Shown piece after piece: positions 17,694 through 26,746 of a DNA stretch of 64,000 bases. The position numbers were made by a program, and so were the translations under genes. The DNA lies in IMG/VR virus record IMGVR_UViG_3300048928_000482, positions 798 to 64,797 of that record, one strand, 5' to 3'. The notes beneath the pieces were generated by a model. The model saw only the letters and a program-made list of their open reading frames with translations. It was not told the DNA's origin and made no database searches. Within the stretch, counting starts at the first letter, position 1. Every line of letters starts with the position of its first letter. Source of the stretch: a virus. Its lineage: Duplodnaviria > Caudoviricetes.

Positions 17694-18718
17694 GCGATCT
17701 CCCCGAAGTCGAGGGCGCGGTCGCGCAGCCGCGTCCGCAGCGAGAGGTCGAGGTACTCGGCGTTCAGGTCGATGCCGACGTACCGGCGGCCGTGGCGCGC
17801 CGCGGCGAGCCCGGTGGTGCCGGAGCCGGAGAAGGGGTCGAGGACGACACCGCCGGCGCGACATCCGGCCTGCACGCAGAGCTCGGCGAGGGTCGCGGGC
17901 ATGGTCGCGAAGTGGGCCTCGGCGAACGGCTGGGTCGCGATGACCCACACGTCACCCGGGTTGCGGCCCTTCCCGTGCGAGAGGCCGTTGCGGATCCCCT
18001 TCGGGCCGAAGTTCGTCTGCGGCGGAGCGCCGGGCGGCGTCGCGCCCGGGCGTCCAGCGCGGTGCTGGCGCATCGACTGCCCGGGGACGTCCGCCTCCTT
18101 CGAGTCGCGGTCCCAGGACAGGGCCTCGAGCCGCTCGGTCGTGATCGGCCGGCGCAGCGGGTCGAGGTCGAACCAGTACCGGGGCGACTTCGCGAGCAGG
18201 AACACGTGCTCGTGCCGCGTCGTCATCCGGTCCGTCACGGACTCGGGCATGCCGTTCGGCTTGGCCCAGATGATGTCGTTGCGCAGGATCCAGCCGGCGT
18301 CCTGGAGAGCGAACGCCACCCGCCAGGGCATGCCGAGCAGGCTCTTGCGCGGCAGGTCGGCGCGGCGGCCGGTGAGGTTCGGGACCATGCCTGACCTGGT
18401 GCCGACGAGTGTGCTCGTGTTGTTCGGGTCGCCGTGCCCGTTCGACGAGACGTAGGAGTCGCCGAGGTTGAGCCACAGCGTGCCGTCGTCGGCGAGCACC
18501 CGGTGCACCTCGGCGAACACGGCCGCGAGCGCCGCGACGTACTCGGACGGGCTGGCCTCGGCGCCGAGCTGGCCGGCGACGCCATAGTCCCGCAGGCCGA
18601 AGTACGGCGGAGAGGTGACGACGCAGTCGACCGACGCCGAGGGCAGGGTGCGCAGGACCGAGAGCGCGTCGCCGTGGTGGAGGGTCACCGTGTCGTCGGT
18701 GAAGTACGGGGTGGTCAT
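17690..18718 (-). CDS. Amino (N4-C/N6-A) DNA methyltransferase, beta class
   Basis: TSPPY catalytic motif, then HFATMP and VLDPFSGSGTT SAM-binding motif. Confidence 0.93.
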   Translation of the reverse strand: MTTPYFTDDTVTLHHGDALSVLRTLPSASVDCVVTSPPYFGLRDYGVAGQLGAEASPSEYVAALAAVFAEVHRVLADDGTLWLNLGDSYVSSNGHGDPNNTSTLVGTRSGMVPNLTGRRADLPRKSLLGMPWRVAFALQDAGWILRNDIIWAKPNGMPESVTDRMTTRHEHVFLLAKSPRYWFDLDPLRRPITTERLEALSWDRDSKEADVPGQSMRQHRAGRPGATPPGAPPQTNFGPKGIRNGLSHGKGRNPGDVWVIATQPFAEAHFATMPATLAELCVQAGCRAGGVVLDPFSGSGTTGLAAARHGRRYVGIDLNAEYLDLSLRTRLRDRALDFGEIA

Positions 18719-18915
18719 GCCGACACCTCCCCGTAGCGCTCGGCCAGTTCCGCCGACGTGCTCAGCGGGAACACCCGGACGCCGGTCTCGCGGGCGCGGG
18801 CCTCGTAGTCGGCGAGGTCGAACGCGGACCCGCAGCCGCAGCCGCAGCGGATCAGGTCGAGGTCGGCGAGCAGGTCGAGCAGGTCGACGTCGGGGCGCAG
18901 CACGGGGGCGGTCAT
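18715..18915 (-). CDS. Hypothetical phage protein
   Basis: 66 aa with CGCGC; ATGA overlaps. Confidence 0.55.
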   Translation of the reverse strand: MTAPVLRPDVDLLDLLADLDLIRCGCGCGSAFDLADYEARARETGVRVFPLSTSAELAERYGEVSA

Positions 18916-19270
18916 GCAGCCACCTGCTCCCCGGTGATGGCCGCGACGACGGTCGCGATGAGGTCGCGGGCCGCGGGCGGGGTGACCGCGTTACCGGAGA
19001 GCTTGACCTGCTCGCGGCGGTTCCCGGTCATCACGTAGTCGGCGGGGAAGGCCATGGCCTGCTTGATCTCGGAGGGCTCGAGCATCCGGAAGCGGACGTC
19101 GTCGATGTTCACGGTCCGGCCGGTCAGGAGGGACTGGTGCCCGTGGGTGGTGATCGTCCGGACGGGCTCACTGGCCGGCGTTGTCATCTCCGGGCCGCCC
19201 TGGTTGTTCCGCATGATCAGGGCGTGCCGGTCGACGGTGGTCACCGTGGGGAGGGCGCGGTCGACGGCGT
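18912..19270 (-). pseudogene. C-terminal remnant of a C5 cytosine DNA methyltransferase
   Basis: [12 protein letters not shown]...FRMLEPSEIKQAMAFPADY...REQVKLSGNAVTPP (motifs IX/X); no motif I or catalytic PC region upstream. Confidence 0.8.
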
Positions 19271-19801
19271 CGTCGAAGGCTGCGGCGTCGGCTCGCCGGT
19301 GCTGGTCGACTCGGGCTCGGTCGGCGTCACGGGCGTCTGCGAGGGCGGCGAGCTCGGCGAGGGCTCGGGCACGGCGGGTGTGGTCACGGTCGGGCACGGG
19401 GTCTCCTCGGCGGGCTTGCATGCCCACGGGTCGCTGCTGTTGTGCTGCCCGGACCAGTCGAACTGCACCATCACGCAGTCGGCGGTGGTCGCGAGCTGGT
19501 ACGTGGTGCCGCAGGGGCGCCCGTAGTTCGAGCCGCAGAGGATCTCCTGGGTCGGCTCGATGGCCTTGATCTCCCACGCGCCGGGGTCGACGGTGACGGT
19601 CCAGTGCTCGCCGTCCCAGGCGATGGACTGGACGCCGGCTGCGGGGAGGGTGGGCTGCTGCTCGGGCGGCGGGGGAGTCCACGCGGACGCCCGGAGCGCG
19701 AGGGTCGTGCCGATCATCGCGAGGGCCATGACGGCGATGACGACGCCCTGGATGATCGCTCGGGCTGGTCGGGTGGCTAGGGTGTGCGTGCTCGTGCTCA
19801 T
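19241..19801 (-). CDS. Secreted protein with Cys-containing domain and Pro/Thr-rich stalk, apparently 3'-truncated
   Basis: Hydrophobic signal ending ASA, PT-rich tail that ends at the methyltransferase remnant; GAGGA RBS. Confidence 0.7.
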   Translation of the reverse strand: MSTSTHTLATRPARAIIQGVVIAVMALAMIGTTLALRASAWTPPPPEQQPTLPAAGVQSIAWDGEHWTVTVDPGAWEIKAIEPTQEILCGSNYGRPCGTTYQLATTADCVMVQFDWSGQHNSSDPWACKPAEETPCPTVTTPAVPEPSPSSPPSQTPVTPTEPESTSTGEPTPQPSTTPSTAPSPR

Positions 19802-19826
19802 GGCGCGAGTCCTCTCGGAGTGGAGG

Positions 19827-19872
19827 GCGCCCGGCGGTGTGGAACCTTGGCGGGAGAAGCACCGCCGGGCGC
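19827..19872. promoter_or_regulatory. Perfect 13-bp stem-loop upstream of the secreted-protein gene
   Basis: GCGCCCGGCGGTG (19827-19839) / CACCGCCGGGCGC (19860-19872), loop contains CCTTGGCGGG. Confidence 0.65.
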
Positions 19873-19884
19873 GAGGGGTGTTGG

Positions 19885-20151
19885 TCAGCAGGCGAAGATG
19901 TGGTGCGTGTGCGTGTCGGGGTGCTGCTGGCAGGTGACGGGCGCGGCCTCGGGGTGAAGCGCAGCGACCTCCTCGCTCATCGGCTGCCATCCGCGAGTCG
20001 TGCCGCACGGGGGGAGCAGCAGCGCCGCGTCCTCGGGTGTGACGTCGTTGCGGATGCAGATGATCGCGTTGAAGAACCGCTCGCCGATCAGTGCGACGTC
20101 GTACTCGCCGGACGCGATCACGTCACGGTCCTGGGTGAAGGTCAGGCTCAT
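19885..20151 (-). CDS. Hypothetical phage protein
   Basis: CGTTRGW...[14 protein letters not shown] pattern. Confidence 0.65.
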   Translation of the reverse strand: MSLTFTQDRDVIASGEYDVALIGERFFNAIICIRNDVTPEDAALLLPPCGTTRGWQPMSEEVAALHPEAAPVTCQQHPDTHTHHIFAC

Positions 20152-20480
20152 CGCGCACGGTCCTCGATCGCGGCGACGACCTGGATCGACAGCAGGCAGT
20201 AGTCGTCCGCGATCCCCGCGGCCTGCTTGCCGGGGAGGACGTGCGTGATTCGGGCGGTGACGACGCGGTCGCGGTTGTAGCCAGCGGTGAAGCGTGCCCG
20301 AGCGTCACGACCCTCGGGCACCCACGTGGACTTCGGGGTGCCGTACTCGTTCACCTCGATCAGCCGCAGCAGGTCCCCGACCTGGAAGTCGCGGTCGTGC
20401 TGACGGATCTCGGCGCGCTTCTCCCCGGCAGCCACACGGTCGAACCACAGGGTGCGGGTCTTGAGGTCGTGCGTGGTCAT
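20148..20480 (-). CDS. ASCH/PUA-like (DUF3850) protein
   Basis: HDLKT..WFDRVAAGEKRAEIRQHDRDFQVGDLLRL. Confidence 0.85.
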   Translation of the reverse strand: MTTHDLKTRTLWFDRVAAGEKRAEIRQHDRDFQVGDLLRLIEVNEYGTPKSTWVPEGRDARARFTAGYNRDRVVTARITHVLPGKQAAGIADDYCLLSIQVVAAIEDRAR

Positions 20481-21034
20481 CGCTCGTCTCCTTCGGCTGG
20501 CGGGGTCAGCTCGTCACGTCGCGCCCGGATCCGCGCACGCATTTCCGGGCTGGACGATGCCGCGTGCATCCGACCGAGCGTCTCGACGTCCGTGCACGCG
20601 GCCACCTGTTCGGCGGTCGGCTCAGACGGGGCGGGGGCGGCGTCGGGGAGAGGCTGCACGGTGAACGGAGCGCGCTTGCCCCGCGTCGTGGTCAGCGCGA
20701 TCGTCAGCGGCCTGTCGATGTCGCTCATGTGCGAGATCTGGATGCCGCCGACCTCGACCCCGCCGAACTTCACGGACGGCTCACGGAAGAGCGTCAGCCG
20801 GCGGCCCGGGTAGGTCGTCTCCACGTCGCGGCTGCCCCACGCCGCCGCCATGACCCGCCGCTGGGTCTTCGACGGCCGGTACGGGCGCCCTGGGAGTTCG
20901 ACGAGGTGGAAGTTGAAGGGCTGCTCGGCGGACCCGGGAGTGACCTTCTCGATCGTGAAGGTGCGCGGGCCGGTGAGCAGGTCTTCGGCGTTGATCTGGT
21001 CGCTCTTCGGAGCGATGCTCGCGGTGAGGTCCAT
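20477..21034 (-). CDS. Putative recombination/ssDNA-binding partner of the exonuclease
   Basis: MDLTASIAPKSDQINAEDL...PSKTQRRVM...VKFGG..VGGIQISHMSDI; family typically beside RecE-like genes. Confidence 0.65.
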   Translation of the reverse strand: MDLTASIAPKSDQINAEDLLTGPRTFTIEKVTPGSAEQPFNFHLVELPGRPYRPSKTQRRVMAAAWGSRDVETTYPGRRLTLFREPSVKFGGVEVGGIQISHMSDIDRPLTIALTTTRGKRAPFTVQPLPDAAPAPSEPTAEQVAACTDVETLGRMHAASSSPEMRARIRARRDELTPPAEGDER

Positions 21035-21888
21035 CAGAGGGTCATCTCCTCGATGCCGTCGTCGTAGAGGTAGTAGCCGGGCGGGTCGATGGGCTCGATG
21101 TCGCCGGGCTGGTCGTCGTCGCCGGGCCACGTGTCGGTGGCGAGGCGGGCGGCGTAGGTGTCGATGGCCTGACGCACGGCACGTTCGCCACCGAGGACCC
21201 ACAGCGGGTTCGCGAGGGACACGACGCGGACCTCGTGCGGCGGTTCCTTCTCCACGAAGATCAGGACCGTGGGCTGCGGGTCGAGGCCGTTGATGCGCAG
21301 GAGGTGCCGGTACGCCTCGGACTGGATGTCGTAGCCGTAGTCGACGATGGCGCGTGCGAGCTTGTGTCGGCGGACGTCGGTCGTGGTCTTGATGTCGACG
21401 TTCGTCGCGGTGTCGGTGAGGTAGTCGATGCGGCCGCGGAGTCGCACGCCGGTCTCGGGGTCGGTGCCGAACAGCGATACCTCGGGGCGACCCGGGAGAG
21501 CGAGCAGGGGAGACGCCTTCGGGTGGGTCAGGACAGCCTCGGCGATGGCGTCGACCTCGGCGAGCAGGCCGGACTTCACCGGGACGAGCCCGTTCGCGCG
21601 GGCGTCGGCGATGAAGTCCTTCGCGGCCTTCGTCGAGGCGGCACCGTTGGACGCCAGGTACTCGTCGGGGATGACGGCAACGTTCATGCCGACGCCGAGG
21701 ATCTTCGCGTGCACGGCGTGCCCGAAGTCGAACTCGGACTTCTCGACGCGGTGGTCCATCTGCTGCCGGTAGTGCAGCGGCGAGCGGAGGATCCACTTCA
21801 TGCCAGTCGCCGACAGGCCGGACATCGCGTGGTACTCGGCGTCCGGGATGCCCGAGACGATCCCGGTTGGCTCGGCGGTCGTGGTCAT
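21034..21888 (-). CDS. RecE/exonuclease VIII-like PD-(D/E)xK nuclease
   Basis: EYHA...LSATGMK, FDFGHAVH, RGRIDYL..DIKTT, YGYDIQSEAY, FVEKEPP. Confidence 0.9.
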   Translation of the reverse strand: MTTTAEPTGIVSGIPDAEYHAMSGLSATGMKWILRSPLHYRQQMDHRVEKSEFDFGHAVHAKILGVGMNVAVIPDEYLASNGAASTKAAKDFIADARANGLVPVKSGLLAEVDAIAEAVLTHPKASPLLALPGRPEVSLFGTDPETGVRLRGRIDYLTDTATNVDIKTTTDVRRHKLARAIVDYGYDIQSEAYRHLLRINGLDPQPTVLIFVEKEPPHEVRVVSLANPLWVLGGERAVRQAIDTYAARLATDTWPGDDDQPGDIEPIDPPGYYLYDDGIEEMTL

Positions 21889-22172
21889 GCCGACCACCCC
21901 GTCTGGTAGTCAGCGAGCGTCGCCTGGACTGCGCCGAGGAACCACTCCTCGATCCACGCGACCACGGTCGCGACGTCCTGCTCGTGGTCGAAGGGGATGC
22001 CCTTCTTCTCATCGAGCGCGTCGGCCCGGATGTCCCGCGCGATCTGCTCGCGGACGGCAGCCTCGATCAGCGGGGCGGCGGCGTCCACGATCTTCGTGAC
22101 GATCTCGTCGGGGCACGCGAACGGCGCCACCTCGATAGCGGCCTTGTGCGCCGCGCTCAGTTCGATGATCAT
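21885..22172 (-). CDS. Hypothetical phage protein
   Basis: AAAPLIEAAVREQIARDI motif; coupled overlaps. Confidence 0.6.
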   Translation of the reverse strand: MIIELSAAHKAAIEVAPFACPDEIVTKIVDAAAPLIEAAVREQIARDIRADALDEKKGIPFDHEQDVATVVAWIEEWFLGAVQATLADYQTGWSA

Positions 22173-22306
22173 CGGTCGTTCTCCCAGTCGTCTCGGAAGT
22201 AGCCCGGCTCGTCGCTCGGGTCGTAGGGCTCGTCCGTGTCCGTGTCCATGTCCTCGGCGATCTCGGCCAGAGCGGCGCGGAACTCGCGGTCGGTCATGGC
22301 GGTCAT
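22169..22306 (-). CDS. Small highly acidic protein
   Basis: MTAMTDREFRAALAEIAEDMDTDTDEPYDPSDEPGYFRDDWENDR; ATGA overlaps at both ends. Confidence 0.55.
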   Translation of the reverse strand: MTAMTDREFRAALAEIAEDMDTDTDEPYDPSDEPGYFRDDWENDR

Positions 22307-22800
22307 GCGGACACCTCGATCTGCTCGCTGATCGCGGCGAGGAGTGCGTCGTCGGGGCGCCAGAGCCCGAGCCGACCGGTCGCCGGGATCGGGCGGGGCA
22401 GCGGGCGCGGGTTCGCGAGGACGAGGTGGTAGTGGTCCGGCATGGCCCACTTCGAGCAGGTCGGCGTGTGGCCGTACCCGTCGACGTGCTCGGTGCAGTC
22501 GGCGTGCACGTCGACGAGGTCGACGATGCCGATCACCTGTCCGAAGGCCGTGAGACCGTCGACCCACGACCAGTCGTCGAGGGCACGCATGCCGTCCGGG
22601 TCCGGTCCCCACATGCTCATCCAGAGCTGGTACGCCGCCTCGACGTTTGGGTCGGCGTAGGAGTCTCGATCGGGTGTCTTCGACACGTGGATGGCGACGG
22701 GTCCGCGGTACGGGCCGAGGGGCCGGACGCGGTTCTCGACGTCCTTGCCGCCGTGGACGATCGCCCACGCCCAGGGCTGGCGGACGGTCAGCACCCTCAT
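22303..22800 (-). CDS. ASCH-domain protein
   Basis: LTVRQPWAWAIVHGGKDVENR...YRGPVAIH...GRLGLW. Confidence 0.88.
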   Translation of the reverse strand: MRVLTVRQPWAWAIVHGGKDVENRVRPLGPYRGPVAIHVSKTPDRDSYADPNVEAAYQLWMSMWGPDPDGMRALDDWSWVDGLTAFGQVIGIVDLVDVHADCTEHVDGYGHTPTCSKWAMPDHYHLVLANPRPLPRPIPATGRLGLWRPDDALLAAISEQIEVSA

Positions 22801-23180
22801 CACGCCACCTCCGCGTTCGCGAGCTCGAGCAGCACGTCGGCGTGGCACGGCTGGTCGAGCGGGCACCAGCACGCCAGGTCACGGCCACGCAGCGCCGCGA
22901 CGTCGAGGGTCGGGGCGACTTCACGCTCGAACGCCTCGACGGCGACGGAGAACGCCAGGTACTCGGGCTCATCGGATCGCCCCTGACCGAACGCCGCGAG
23001 CGTGCTCCGGCCGGGGTCGCGCGTGTCGTCGACGAACCACACGAGCACGCCGTCGACCGCGTCTCGCATGCGTGTGACCTTGAAGGGGTTGCCCCACTTC
23101 GTCGGCCTCGCGACAACCACGGCGTCGGGGTTGTCCGCCCGCCAGGGGTGCTGCCGGGTCATCTGGATGCGCTTCGGCAT
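22800..23180 (-). CDS. DUF4326-like protein
   Basis: RPTKWGNPF...LRGRDLACWCP...CHADVLLELAN. Confidence 0.88.
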   Translation of the reverse strand: MPKRIQMTRQHPWRADNPDAVVVARPTKWGNPFKVTRMRDAVDGVLVWFVDDTRDPGRSTLAAFGQGRSDEPEYLAFSVAVEAFEREVAPTLDVAALRGRDLACWCPLDQPCHADVLLELANAEVA

Positions 23181-23461
23181 CACGCCACCCCCAGGTACCG
23201 GTCGATGGCGTCTGCGAGCTGCTGCTGCGCGATCTGTGCCGCGTAGTAGTCGCCCTCCTTCCGCCACCTGACAGCGGCGGCGATCAGGGAGTCCCGGCGC
23301 ACGTCGTGGATGGCGGGCACGAAGCTCGCCCGGGTCTCGTGCAGCCGGTCGATGGCCTTGTGCAGCACGTCCACCGCAGCAGCCGGCGGAACCTCACCGA
23401 GGCCGTCCGGCGCGTACTCGATGACCGTGTCAGGGCCGTCTGGGAATGTGTGGCGGCTCAT
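23180..23461 (-). CDS. Hypothetical phage protein
   Basis: Coupled ORF MSRHTFPDG... Confidence 0.55.
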   Translation of the reverse strand: MSRHTFPDGPDTVIEYAPDGLGEVPPAAAVDVLHKAIDRLHETRASFVPAIHDVRRDSLIAAAVRWRKEGDYYAAQIAQQQLADAIDRYLGVA

Positions 23462-23561
23462 GCGACACCGTCCCTGTCGTCGTGCTCGTCCCAGCACGTC
23501 GCGCAGACACACGCGCACCGATGCTGCCCGAGGCAGAGATGCGCCTCGTGCGGGATCGTCC

Positions 23562-23972
23562 TCATGCGGCACCTCGCTCGGCTGCGGTGCCCTCGTGCGG
23601 GCGCGACGGCGCGAGATCCATGTGCGCGGTCAGCCCCAGCAGGTCCTCGTCGCTGAGCCACTCGTTCGCGACCCGCAGCGCCGAGTCCACGTGCGCATCC
23701 CACGAGTCCGACTGGCAGTCACGCTCCTGCGGCGTCAGACACCCGACCAGACCCAGCTCGTGGTAGCCGGGGACGCACTTGCCAACGACGCGCTCCTCCG
23801 GGTCACGTGGGAGGAACCCGCACGACCGGCACGCACGCTGCTCACGATCAGCAGCACGACTCGCGATCGCCAGGACCTCAGCTGCCGGGACACGCTCCGG
23901 AAGGCCCAGATCCAGCGGGGCCGGGAACAGGGACTCCCACACCCGCGCGATACGGGCACGCAGGGCGGTCAC
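23562..23972 (-). CDS. Hypothetical phage protein
   Basis: GTGA-coupled ORF. Confidence 0.5.
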   Translation of the reverse strand: MTALRARIARVWESLFPAPLDLGLPERVPAAEVLAIASRAADREQRACRSCGFLPRDPEERVVGKCVPGYHELGLVGCLTPQERDCQSDSWDAHVDSALRVANEWLSDEDLLGLTAHMDLAPSRPHEGTAAERGAA

Positions 23973-24205
23973 CGGGACACCTCGACAGGCTTGCCGTCGA
24001 CCAGGGAGTACTTCTCGTCGGCCTCCCACTGGCCGGTGTCGATGCTGTACGCCTGGCCCCAGCCTGAGCACTGGGCGCAGATGAAGTTGTCGCTCGGCAT
24101 GGCGTCGCTTACGTATGCCTTGTCGATGGCCTCGTCGAAGTCGTCCGCCTCGACCTCCACGCTGGTCGAGACGACCTGCGTGAAGACGATCTGGTAGGTG
24201 CTCAT
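23969..24205 (-). CDS. Small acidic hypothetical protein (VEVEA..EAI motif)
   Basis: AGGAG RBS; SVEVEADDFDEAIDKA. Confidence 0.65.
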   Translation of the reverse strand: MSTYQIVFTQVVSTSVEVEADDFDEAIDKAYVSDAMPSDNFICAQCSGWGQAYSIDTGQWEADEKYSLVDGKPVEVSR

Positions 24206-24283
24206 CTCGTACACTCCTGTCTGAGTGATTCGGTGCGACCCCGCGGCTGACAGGCTGAGCGGGGTCGCGCTGTGTGTGGGGGC

Positions 24284-24496
24284 TCAGGCGGACGAACCGC
24301 GCTTCTCCCAGTCCGGGAGGTTGCGGGCGAACTCGTCGAGGTCGTCGCGGAGGAAGCCGCGCTTGCCGCCGAGTGCCCGCGGGATGATCAGCGACTCGGC
24401 CTGGTAGCGGGCGAGCTGGCGGGGGCTGATCGAGAGGTAGAACGCGGCCTCCTCGTCGCCCATGAGGATCGGCGCGTAGGCCGGGCGGATGCTCAC
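24284..24496 (-). CDS. Excisionase-like HTH protein
   Basis: EEAAFYLSISPRQL...GKRGFLRDDLDEF; downstream of the antirepressor. Confidence 0.75.
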   Translation of the reverse strand: MSIRPAYAPILMGDEEAAFYLSISPRQLARYQAESLIIPRALGGKRGFLRDDLDEFARNLPDWEKRGSSA

Positions 24497-25242
24497 GCCG
24501 GCACCGCCGTCCGGGCCGCGTACCGGTTGACGAAGTAGATGCGTCCCTTGCCGGTGACCAGGGGCGTCGTCTTCTCGGAGATCTGGCCGTCCGAGTGGGT
24601 GATCACGGTGTCGACGGGCTTGAAGAGCCCGAGGTCCATCGCGTTCTGGGTGGGGCGGTTCCAGTCGCGACCCTTGCGGGAGCAGAGGTAGCCGTCGCGG
24701 CGAAGCCACTCGAACAGCCGGTTGGTGCCGATGTCGACCCCGTTCGCACGGAGGACGACGGCGAGGTGGCTGACGAGCATCGTGGTGTCGGACCTCGCCA
24801 CGGAGTCCGCGAACAGCACCTTGGGGGCATCCTGCTCGACCTTCTCGGCGAGAGCGGCACGGGACTCGGCTTCCGCGGCGAGCGCACGGAGCGCCGACGG
24901 GTAGTCCTTCGGCATCCCGTAGCCGCCGGTCCGACGCACCTCGGGGAGCAGCTCGTGCGTGACCCAGCGCTTGAAGGCTCGGGCCCCGTCGATCTGGCTG
25001 CCGAGGATTGCGGCGTACAGGCCCGACTCGGTGATCACCGTCATCTGCTGCACGCCACCAGGGGTATGCAGCGGACGCATACCCTTCTCGTCCTCGTCGA
25101 GACGGCGCGTCATCGCCGGCGTGATGCTGTAGCCGAGGATCGAGGCGACATCGGCAGCGACGAACCACGGGTCTCCGTGCTCGTCAGTGACGATGCGCAC
25201 GGCCTGGCCGTGAAAAGCGCGCTGGATCAGGTCGGTGGTCAT
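24493..25242 (-). CDS. Antirepressor (BRO-N + ANT/KilAC)
   Basis: GDPWFVAADVASILGY, ITESGLY, FKRWVTHELLP, PKVLFADSV, IGTNRLFEWLR, TPLVTGKG. Confidence 0.92.
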   Translation of the reverse strand: MTTDLIQRAFHGQAVRIVTDEHGDPWFVAADVASILGYSITPAMTRRLDEDEKGMRPLHTPGGVQQMTVITESGLYAAILGSQIDGARAFKRWVTHELLPEVRRTGGYGMPKDYPSALRALAAEAESRAALAEKVEQDAPKVLFADSVARSDTTMLVSHLAVVLRANGVDIGTNRLFEWLRRDGYLCSRKGRDWNRPTQNAMDLGLFKPVDTVITHSDGQISEKTTPLVTGKGRIYFVNRYAARTAVPA

Positions 25243-25559
25243 GCCGGGACCTTTTCTCTCGTCCGGGTGGAGCCTGCCGCGTTTGTCACTCGGTGCACTC
25301 GAGATCCGTCGTGTCGCTCGAAGATCTCGTCCACGTCGCGGTCGATCCACTTGCAGATCGTGGCGGCGAGGTCCTCCGAGCAGCCACGCATCGTCCCCGT
25401 CTCGAGGGCGGAGATCGTGGCCTGCGTGCACCGACTGAGCGCGGCGAGGTCGTACTGGGTGAAGCCGGCACGGCGTCGGGCTGACGCGATGCGCTGGCCG
25501 TCGATGACCTTCATCCACACCTCCCTCAGGTACCTGACCTTGGGTCGTCGTGCGGCCAT
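25239..25559 (-). CDS. Cro-like XRE HTH regulator
   Basis: ARRRAGFTQYDLAALSRCTQATISALETG; first gene of the early operon, divergent from the repressor. Confidence 0.85.
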   Translation of the reverse strand: MAARRPKVRYLREVWMKVIDGQRIASARRRAGFTQYDLAALSRCTQATISALETGTMRGCSEDLAATICKWIDRDVDEIFERHDGSRVHRVTNAAGSTRTREKVPA

Positions 25560-25574
25560 CTTGCTCCCTTTCGT

Positions 25575-25680
25575 TCGGCGTGACAAGTGAAGGTTGCCGC
25601 ACATGTCTGCGACTTGTCAACACCTGAGGGTGGACACGCAGGTCAGGTGCGCCTAATCGCGGTTTACTTGTCTGCGATTT
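25575..25680. promoter_or_regulatory. Lysis/lysogeny switch region: leftward promoter and repeated ACTTGTC operator-like motifs
   Basis: Minus-strand TTGACA (25615-25620); ACTTGTC(A/T) at ~25581 (reverse), 25612 and 25666; TGTCTGCGA twice. Confidence 0.55.
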
Positions 25681-25728
25681 GGCCGCAAGCGGTGGCATCA
25701 GCGGGACTAGCACCGGGAGGCTGTGGGC

Positions 25729-26304
25729 ATGACACCCGATACCCCGACCACGCTGCGAGACGTCGCCATCGCGGCGTCGCAGCGCGTGGGTGGCCTGCAA
25801 GGCCGCGCCCTCGATCGCGAGGCCAAGCGGCGCGGGCTGACGTTGTCGTACACGACCGTCGACAAGATCATCGCCGGGACGTACAACTCTCGACCCAAAG
25901 CGACCACGCTCCGGGCTCTAGCCGAGCTCTCGGGCATCGCGCTCGCCCAGGTGTACCAAGCGGCAGGGGAGCCGATGCCATCGGTCCCGCTGTCCGAGAT
26001 GTTGCCGCCCGACGCCGATCTCCTGTCTCCCGATCAGCGCCGCGTCGTCATCGACGTGGTGCGCCAGTTCGCCAAGCAGAACCGCGAGCTGGTCGAGGTG
26101 CGAAAGGAGGTGGCGGCCAGTGCTGAGCACCCCGCCCCCATAGCCGACACATCGAAGAACACCCTCACGGTGCGAGGCGAGCCGCTGACAGACCTAGAAG
26201 GTGGTCCGCGGCCGCCGACAGATGGACCTCGTGCTGACGAGGGGTCGACCCCCCATCAAGAACGAGAAGAGGGCCGAGAGCGCCGGACTCCACCGCCGGC
26301 GTGA
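25729..26304 (+). CDS. Immunity repressor (actinophage type)
   Basis: GRALDREAKRRGLTLSYTTVDKI...TLRALAEL...LPPDADLLSPDQR; divergent from cro. Confidence 0.75.
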   Translation: MTPDTPTTLRDVAIAASQRVGGLQGRALDREAKRRGLTLSYTTVDKIIAGTYNSRPKATTLRALAELSGIALAQVYQAAGEPMPSVPLSEMLPPDADLLSPDQRRVVIDVVRQFAKQNRELVEVRKEVAASAEHPAPIADTSKNTLTVRGEPLTDLEGGPRPPTDGPRADEGSTPHQEREEGRERRTPPPA

Positions 26305-26746
26305 GGAGCACTCGAATCAGTGCATGATGACCGGGAGGGGCGGCCACGATCACGCATCCGATCGCGCTCAACGTGATGGTCAGTGCTACGACGCTGTTCT
26401 GTTCCGTGGTGCGCTCCACGTGGCCCTCGCCCTCGAGGTCACGCCGGGCAGGGGGCCGCTCGGCTGGGGGAAAGGCATCGTCACATCGGCCACTGACACG
26501 GGTACATGGCCTCACGGCAAGCCGGGCGGTTCGTCCTGGTTTGTCGCGCCCATATGGGTGGTTTGCGTAGCGAGGCCTTCCCGAACCCTCACGTTCGGCA
26601 TCTCGCATCCGGGTGACGCGATGCGCTCGCATGCACCGAAACTTGAGGCTGGCGCCTCAACTCGCACTCCCCAGAGGCCGATGGCTGGGGGAAGCACGCC
26701 CGCGCGGGCCGTGCGGATCCACGAAGACCAGACCCAGGAGGACGCC

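Noticed and set aside
26201-26746. N-terminal extension of the Ltp lipoprotein ORF
   Set aside because: Strong RBS, ATG and lipoprotein signal at 26747 define the real start; the upstream in-frame stretch has no recognisable features.
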